Of a stretch of 30,325 nt of DNA, positions 26,179 to 30,325 are shown one piece after another. The notes under the pieces are model-generated. The model worked only from the letters and a program-made list of their open reading frames with translations, was not told the origin of the DNA and made no database searches. The translations under genes and the position numbers were made by a program. The stretch covers positions 1-30,325 of the forward strand of contig JBCAXK010000016.1 of the NCBI GenBank assembly GCA_038534095.1. Reading direction: 5' to 3'. Position 1 is the first letter of the stretch. The number at the start of each line of letters is the position of its first letter. The stretch comes from Chlamydiota bacterium (GTDB lineage Bacteria; Chlamydiota; Chlamydiia; Chlamydiales; SM23-39).

Positions 26179-27996
26179 TATCGTGACATCATCCTCTGGC
26201 TTTTGCTCCCCTCGGAACGCGTCGTAATCATCGATGATCTTGCTCATCACCTCTTTTGCAGAGAGATCCTCCGTATCTTTTAGGCACTGCTCTAGCCGTT
26301 TTTTTCCGTACATCTCCCCCCTAGCTCCCCGCATTTCGATGATCCCATCCGAATAAAGGAGCAAAAGGTCTCCTGGCCCAATGTGGATTTTTTCAGGAAC
26401 AAACAGGCTGTTTTCTTCAATGCCAATCGACGGGGAACCTGTGTCTAAAGAGAGGATCTTTCCCTCTTTTCTTCGTAAAATCGCTGGCCAGTGCCCTGCG
26501 TTGAGATAGGTGAGCGTCTGCGTGCTCATCTCGTAATAGGCAGCCCAAATGCTAGCAAACATCCCCGTATCTTTTGCGTCGATAGAAAAGAGGTGGTTTG
26601 CTCTTTGCAGAGCAAGATCTAACGGAGCCGTTGCAACGCTTGTGCGCAAAGAACTTCGAAGGCCTAAAGCATAGAGGCAAGCAGAAACCCCCTTTCCCGA
26701 CACATCCGCAAGAGAAAAATAGAGGGTGTTTTCCCCTTTATAAAAAAGGTCGTAAAAATCCCCACCCACCTCTTTAGAAGAAGCGTAATAACTCGCCACA
26801 TCGATTGGGAGGTCTTTTTGATCAAAACGGAGCAAATTTTCCTGAATATCTTGCCCAAACAGGAGCTCTTTTTCGTAGAGCTCTTTTTGCGACCGCTCTT
26901 TTTGCGCCAATTTTTGTTCCCGCAGAAGAGACTCGATCATCGCATTGAAATTCTCTCCAAGAGTATTGATCTCAAAACCGAGAGGATCTTTTTGGTACCT
27001 TGCTTGTACCTTTCCTTCTTGTACCCCGTTCATATGGGATAAAAGGGAGCGCAGAGGCCGCGCCATACGAATGGTGCATAATAGAGCAATTCCTCCTCCA
27101 ACAACTAGGATCAAAAAAAGTAAAAAAACAAGCCGCCGAATGTAGCGATCTATATGAAGATTTTTTAGATCTTTTAATGGAAGATCTAGCAGCATATATC
27201 CTGGAATACCAGGTACAGAAAATGGGACCGCCAAAAGGCGCTCCTCTAGAAAAAATCCTCCGGGGACTCCTGGAACCGGGACAAGGGGTATGCTACCTGG
27301 CTCCTTCTTTGTGTTGGTTGCTCCAACGAGCTTTCCCCATAAATAGGGACTAGAGCTAGCGATGATCCGGTGGCTTTCTGTAACAAAGGATAAATTTAAT
27401 GTGGCAGCATCTTGGAGACTCGCAAACCCGCGGACAAGCTTTTCTGCGCTATCTGCAATGATCAAAAGCCCTATAGGATTGCCCGTTTTTGGGGAAAAAA
27501 CCGTGGTTCCCACATAAAAAAGCGCTCGATTTTCCTCGGGGAAAAATCGGGTGTACTCAAAGCGCTTTTTCCCAAGAAACTTTTTGAGATTCTTTGTCTC
27601 TTCATCGCAAGAAACGGCGTAAGCCTTGCAAGCAAAGTCTCCATTTTCTGTCAGTTCCAAATAAAAAAGATTGGAGGCTCCAGCTAAAGATACGATTTGA
27701 TCAAAATAGGTTTGGAGCTTTTCCCCTGCAGGATACCTCTTTCCATCGACTAGTTCCTGTTCCACAACGCGTAAAATGGTTTCCTGGCCCCGAAATAAGT
27801 CTTCAATCAGTCTAGCGCGGTTTGTACCTAAAATTTTCAAGAGCTGAAAGCGATCTTTTAACCGGATCTCATACTCGTCTCTATAAGAAATGACACTATG
27901 CATCAGCAAAGGAACGACTAAAATGAGCGCATTGATCAAAAAAATCCGCATCGCTAAAGAAGCAGTGATGCTTTTTTTCGTTGGTTTTTCTTTCAT
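26161..27996 (-). CDS. rsbU: Sensor PP2C/SpoIIE phosphatase (TM - Cache-like sensor - TM - HAMP - PP2C), RsbU-type
   Basis: VGGDFYD, ADVSGKG, NAGH, YSDG, DDVT. HAMP MARPLRSL...EINTLGENFNAM. Two TM helices. Confidence 0.88.
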   Translation of the reverse strand: MKEKPTKKSITASLAMRIFLINALILVVPLLMHSVISYRDEYEIRLKDRFQLLKILGTNRARLIEDLFRGQETILRVVEQELVDGKRYPAGEKLQTYFDQIVSLAGASNLFYLELTENGDFACKAYAVSCDEETKNLKKFLGKKRFEYTRFFPEENRALFYVGTTVFSPKTGNPIGLLIIADSAEKLVRGFASLQDAATLNLSFVTESHRIIASSSPYLWGKLVGATNTKKEPGSIPLVPVPGVPGGFFLEERLLAVPFSVPGIPGYMLLDLPLKDLKNLHIDRYIRRLVFLLFLILVVGGGIALLCTIRMARPLRSLLSHMNGVQEGKVQARYQKDPLGFEINTLGENFNAMIESLLREQKLAQKERSQKELYEKELLFGQDIQENLLRFDQKDLPIDVASYYASSKEVGGDFYDLFYKGENTLYFSLADVSGKGVSACLYALGLRSSLRTSVATAPLDLALQRANHLFSIDAKDTGMFASIWAAYYEMSTQTLTYLNAGHWPAILRRKEGKILSLDTGSPSIGIEENSLFVPEKIHIGPGDLLLLYSDGIIEMRGARGEMYGKKRLEQCLKDTEDLSAKEVMSKIIDDYDAFRGEQKPEDDVTILLLLF

Positions 27997-28056
27997 ATCC
28001 CGTATACTTCTATTTTGGTACTTTTTCTTTAGTATTTTTGTTTTGAGTGTATTTTC

Positions 28057-28803
28057 ATGCTAGCAAAACAGATTCGGAGCCTGCAACATAAGCTTGTAAA
28101 AGAAGCGGTCCGTTTGCGTAAGGAAAGGCGCTACCGGGAGGAAAAAGGGCTCGTGCTTGTATCTGGAAAAAAAATGATTGAGGAGCTATCTCAGCACCTG
28201 CCCCCCAAGGCCCTTTTTTTTACAGAAATCCCTTTGCCCTGCTCAAAAGGCGCTTTATACAAGGTTACAAAGCCTGTCCTAGAAAAAATCACCGGAATGC
28301 CTTCTCCAGATGGGCATGCGGCGCTTTTTCCCAAAAGGAGGCTTCCAGTCTCCATCTCTTCTCCTCTTTTGATTTTAGACGGGGTGCAAGACCCAGGAAA
28401 TGTGGGGACCCTCTTTCGTACCGCCTTAGGTCTCGGATGGAAGGGAATCATTCTCTTAGAAAATACGGCCGATCCTTGGGGAGAAAAGGCACTAAGGGCG
28501 TCAAAGGGGGCGGCGTTTCATATGCCTCATGAAGAAAAAACGGCTGTAGAGATCTCTTCCCTACTCCAAGCAAAAGGGTTTCATACCTACTTAGCCGATA
28601 CGAAGGGCCTCTCTTTAGAAGAGGCTTTATCAAAATCCCCTAAAGCATTTGCCCTTGTGCTTAGTAGAGAAGGGAAAGGGCTAAGTAGCCACGATTACCC
28701 TTCACCGATCAAGATCACCCTTCCCATGCAGCCCTCTACAGAATCGTACAACGTAGCTTCTGCAGGGAGCATCTTACTCTATCTTTTGAGGCCTCATGAG
28801 TAA
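28057..28803 (+). CDS. TrmH/SpoU-family RNA 2'-O-methyltransferase
   Basis: SPOUT motifs DGVQDPGNVGTLFRTA, KALRASKGA, EGKGL and LPM....ESYNVASAG, with an N-terminal substrate-binding domain. Confidence 0.92.
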   Translation: MLAKQIRSLQHKLVKEAVRLRKERRYREEKGLVLVSGKKMIEELSQHLPPKALFFTEIPLPCSKGALYKVTKPVLEKITGMPSPDGHAALFPKRRLPVSISSPLLILDGVQDPGNVGTLFRTALGLGWKGIILLENTADPWGEKALRASKGAAFHMPHEEKTAVEISSLLQAKGFHTYLADTKGLSLEEALSKSPKAFALVLSREGKGLSSHDYPSPIKITLPMQPSTESYNVASAGSILLYLLRPHE

Positions 28804-29860
28804 AGAATACGATTACGAAGAGGATTTTTGGAAAAACGAACGTAAAGAGCTCCGAAAAGATCGGCGCATTGCCCAAAAAACCGACCGCTCAAAATACAAA
28901 AAAACCAATCAAGCTGCCTCAAAAGTACCCCGCCCCGTTGCAGGAGATACAAAACAAGGGAGGGTGATTTCGATTTCAGGAGAAGGCATCCTTGTCCATT
29001 TTTCTGGGAAAAACTACTCTTGTTCTTTAAAAGGTGCCTTAAAAAAAGACCGGTCTAGAAAAAAAAACTTGCTTGTAGTGGGAGACTTTGTCGATTTTCT
29101 TCCTTTGAATGAGACAGAGGGGCAAATTGTTCAGGTGCAAGAGCGCTCTTCCTTACTAGAAAGAATCGATATTTCAGGTCGAAAAAGGCAGCTACTTGCT
29201 GCCAACATCGATACAGTATTCATTACAGGCTCTGTCGTATTGCCCCCATTAAAACCCTTTTTGATCGATCGTTACGTCATCGCGGCAAAAAAGGGGAACA
29301 TGGAACCGGTCGTATTGATCAACAAAATCGACCTCCTCTCCTCTTCGCCTGAAGAGGCTGCGGTATTTGAAGAGTTCCTGAGCGCCTACAAAAATCTTAC
29401 CATCATTCCTGTCAGCTGCAAAACGGGAAAAGGGATCGATACTGTGCAATCCCTTATGAAAAAAAAGACCTCTGTCTTCTCAGGACAATCTGGGGTTGGA
29501 AAATCGAGTTTAATCAACAAGATTTTAGGATTAAACCTGCCGATTGGAGAAATTGTCTATAAAGGGAAACATACCACCACAAAAGCCCACCTGATTCCTA
29601 TTGGAGCAACAGGCTTTTGTATCGATACGCCAGGGATTCGAAGCTTTGGGCTGTGGGATCTTTCTAAACAAGATGTGCTCGCCCGTTTTTCGGAGATCCG
29701 CGAGCTCGGACTATCTTGTAAATTTCAAAACTGCTTGCATGTGCAAGAACCTGGTTGCGCGGTAAAACAGGCGCTTGAAGAAAAGACCCTTTCCCCTTTA
29801 ATTTACGAGTCCTACACAAAACTTCTAGAAGAGTGTGATCAAGGCCGTTACTACACATAA
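28796..29860 (+). CDS. rsgA: Ribosome small subunit-dependent GTPase A
   Basis: OB-fold VVGD.V, NKID, GQSGVGKSS, GKHTTT, DTPG and Zn finger CKFQNCLHVQEPGC. Confidence 0.97.
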   Translation: MSKEYDYEEDFWKNERKELRKDRRIAQKTDRSKYKKTNQAASKVPRPVAGDTKQGRVISISGEGILVHFSGKNYSCSLKGALKKDRSRKKNLLVVGDFVDFLPLNETEGQIVQVQERSSLLERIDISGRKRQLLAANIDTVFITGSVVLPPLKPFLIDRYVIAAKKGNMEPVVLINKIDLLSSSPEEAAVFEEFLSAYKNLTIIPVSCKTGKGIDTVQSLMKKKTSVFSGQSGVGKSSLINKILGLNLPIGEIVYKGKHTTTKAHLIPIGATGFCIDTPGIRSFGLWDLSKQDVLARFSEIRELGLSCKFQNCLHVQEPGCAVKQALEEKTLSPLIYESYTKLLEECDQGRYYT

Positions 29861-29877
29861 TTTTTCTCTTAAAAAAT

Positions 29878-30117
29878 TTGATCTGGGATAAAGTCCTTTT
29901 TTCATTAAACGATCAGGTTTTTTGTGAGAAGCCCTCTTTTTGCCTACGCGCCTACCTCATATCGAAAAAAGGAGCTAAAAAACTCCATGAAGCCTATCAA
30001 AAACTCCCGCCAAACTCTGGAGATGTCTTTGCGATCGACATTTTTCTTGCGAGGCTTACGTGCAAAAACCAGATCAAATTTTATGTCTACAATGAAGCCG
30101 CCCATCCCCAGAACTGA
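29878..30117 (+). pseudogene. Glycosyltransferase family 25-like fragment, truncated by IS
   Basis: AYLISKKGAKKL...AIDIFL matches the GT25 C-terminal 'aY.iS..gA.kLl...piD' motif. There is no room for the N-terminal half, and the stop codon lies inside the IS left end. Confidence 0.55.
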
Positions 30118-30325
30118 CGCATCAAAATTTTCATTGATTTTGTTATCCTCCTTGGGAAACCCCAAGGAGGATAAATGAATTTCAGTCAATTAGAGCCAGC
30201 AATACTCATTGAGAACTGCTCAATGATCGAGGATCCAAGAATAGAGAGATCTAAAAAGTACCCTCTTGTAAACATCTTGGTCTTTTCTTTTGTTTCCATT
30301 CTTGCAGGACAAGATTCTTGTCCGG
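30109..30325 (+). mobile_element. Left end of an ISAs1-family element (runs off the window)
   Basis: Homologous to 16521-16731. Transposase start ATG 30175 (MNFSQLEPAILIENCSMIEDPRIERSKKYPLVNILVF), open to the window end. Confidence 0.9.
30143..30174 (+). promoter_or_regulatory. Hairpin sequestering the transposase RBS
   Basis: Perfect 14-bp stem ttatcctccttggg / cccaaggaggataa with loop aaac. The 3' arm contains AGGAGG and abuts ATG 30175. Confidence 0.8.

Noticed and set aside
1..30325. CRISPR array, rRNA or tRNA genes
   Set aside because: No regularly spaced repeat-spacer pattern, rRNA-like tract or cloverleaf with a T-loop was found by eye. The 45-nt repeats are coding and contiguous.
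30307..30325. Palindrome ggacaaga-t-tcttgtcc at the window end
   Set aside because: It departs from the other IS copy exactly where it folds back, so it is likely a contig-end or chimeric-read artefact rather than biology.

Overview
This 30.3-kb window very likely comes from an environmental member of the phylum Chlamydiota. The markers are a MOMP-family porin with the VGNPA motif, a chlamydial-type IspF, the glgC-metallophosphoesterase pair, mutL-pepP, an RsbU-type sensor phosphatase and chlamydial-style minor pseudopilins. Housekeeping genes are ispF, glgC, a calcineurin-like phosphoesterase, pepP, mutL, cca, a TrmH/SpoU methyltransferase and rsgA. Envelope and signalling genes are an OPT-family transporter wedged among three T2SS minor-pseudopilin-like genes, a membrane-bound HAMP class III adenylate cyclase, a HAMP-PP2C RsbU and a cysteine-free MOMP-like protein. 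About seven orphan ORFs have host-effector traits, including a 912-aa protein with 15-residue repeats, ankyrin-like repeats and a C-terminal NLS-like motif. There are three ISAs1-family pieces: a decayed copy, a 274-bp miniature with both ends, and a left end at the window edge that truncates a GT25 fragment. Other items are a secreted Cys4-motif protein with a coupled partner gene at the left edge and two structured non-coding elements (2363-2495, about 15618-15692). I saw no rRNA, tRNA or CRISPR array. All calls come from motif reading by eye; no database search was run.
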